A stretch of 64,000 nucleotides of DNA from Fibrobacteria bacterium (GTDB taxonomy: Bacteria > Fibrobacterota > Fibrobacteria > UBA11236), in NCBI GenBank assembly GCA_043745805.1, contig JAYTSD010000001.1, positions 161,315-225,314 of the forward strand, read 5' to 3'. Both the position numbers and the translations under genes were made by a program. Shown piece after piece: positions 63,827 through 64,000 of this stretch (position 1 is the first letter of the stretch; every line of letters begins with the position of its first letter). The notes under the pieces are model-generated. The model was not told the DNA's origin. It saw only the letters and a program-made list of their open reading frames with translations, and ran no database searches.

Positions 63827-64000
63827 TTCTGCCCCGATTAAGAATCGGTCATTGATTCTCAGAAGTCAATGAGTTTATTTGAGATAGAGATAAGAAGCAA
63901 GAAAAAGAGAGCGGGTAGCTTTCGGGAGTATGAATAACTTTCGGGAGACACAAGCCAATTTAATTCACAAAGAAAAATGAGAGCAGCCAGCTCGAATTTA

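Overview
AT-rich bacterial chromosomal segment, probably from Fibrobacterota or a related FCB-group lineage (inferred from a fibro-slime protein and several Bacteroidota-style genes). The left part (1-42 kb) is mostly housekeeping and envelope genes: a truncated MCP, DUF1338/HglS, an FG-GAP beta-propeller sensor kinase with an NtrC-type regulator flanked by two candidate sigma54 promoters, a lipoprotein/FadL-like barrel/S9 peptidase operon, tldD-pmbA, two ABC systems, a MarR-pirin-nitroreductase unit with twin operators, a RelE-type/XRE toxin-antitoxin pair, a long Lhr helicase, purU and a phoBR-pstSCAB-phoU operon. The right part (42-60 kb) is an accessory region ending at tRNA-Ala(CGC). It holds gene remnants, a tandem-duplicated two-gene module (small secreted protein plus degenerate parvulin-like chaperone) that shares an ECF-like promoter motif with a divergent DDE-less IS3-derived HTH gene, paralogous LamG proteins and a PilX-PA14-fibro-slime protein. 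The window ends with a CPA2 antiporter, hemH and a probable rRNA-operon promoter/leader. The best candidates for undescribed systems are the duplicated secreted-protein/chaperone module (45.4-50.6 kb) and the FG-GAP sensor/sigma54 regulon (2.2-11 kb). All family calls come from motif recognition by eye; no searches were run.
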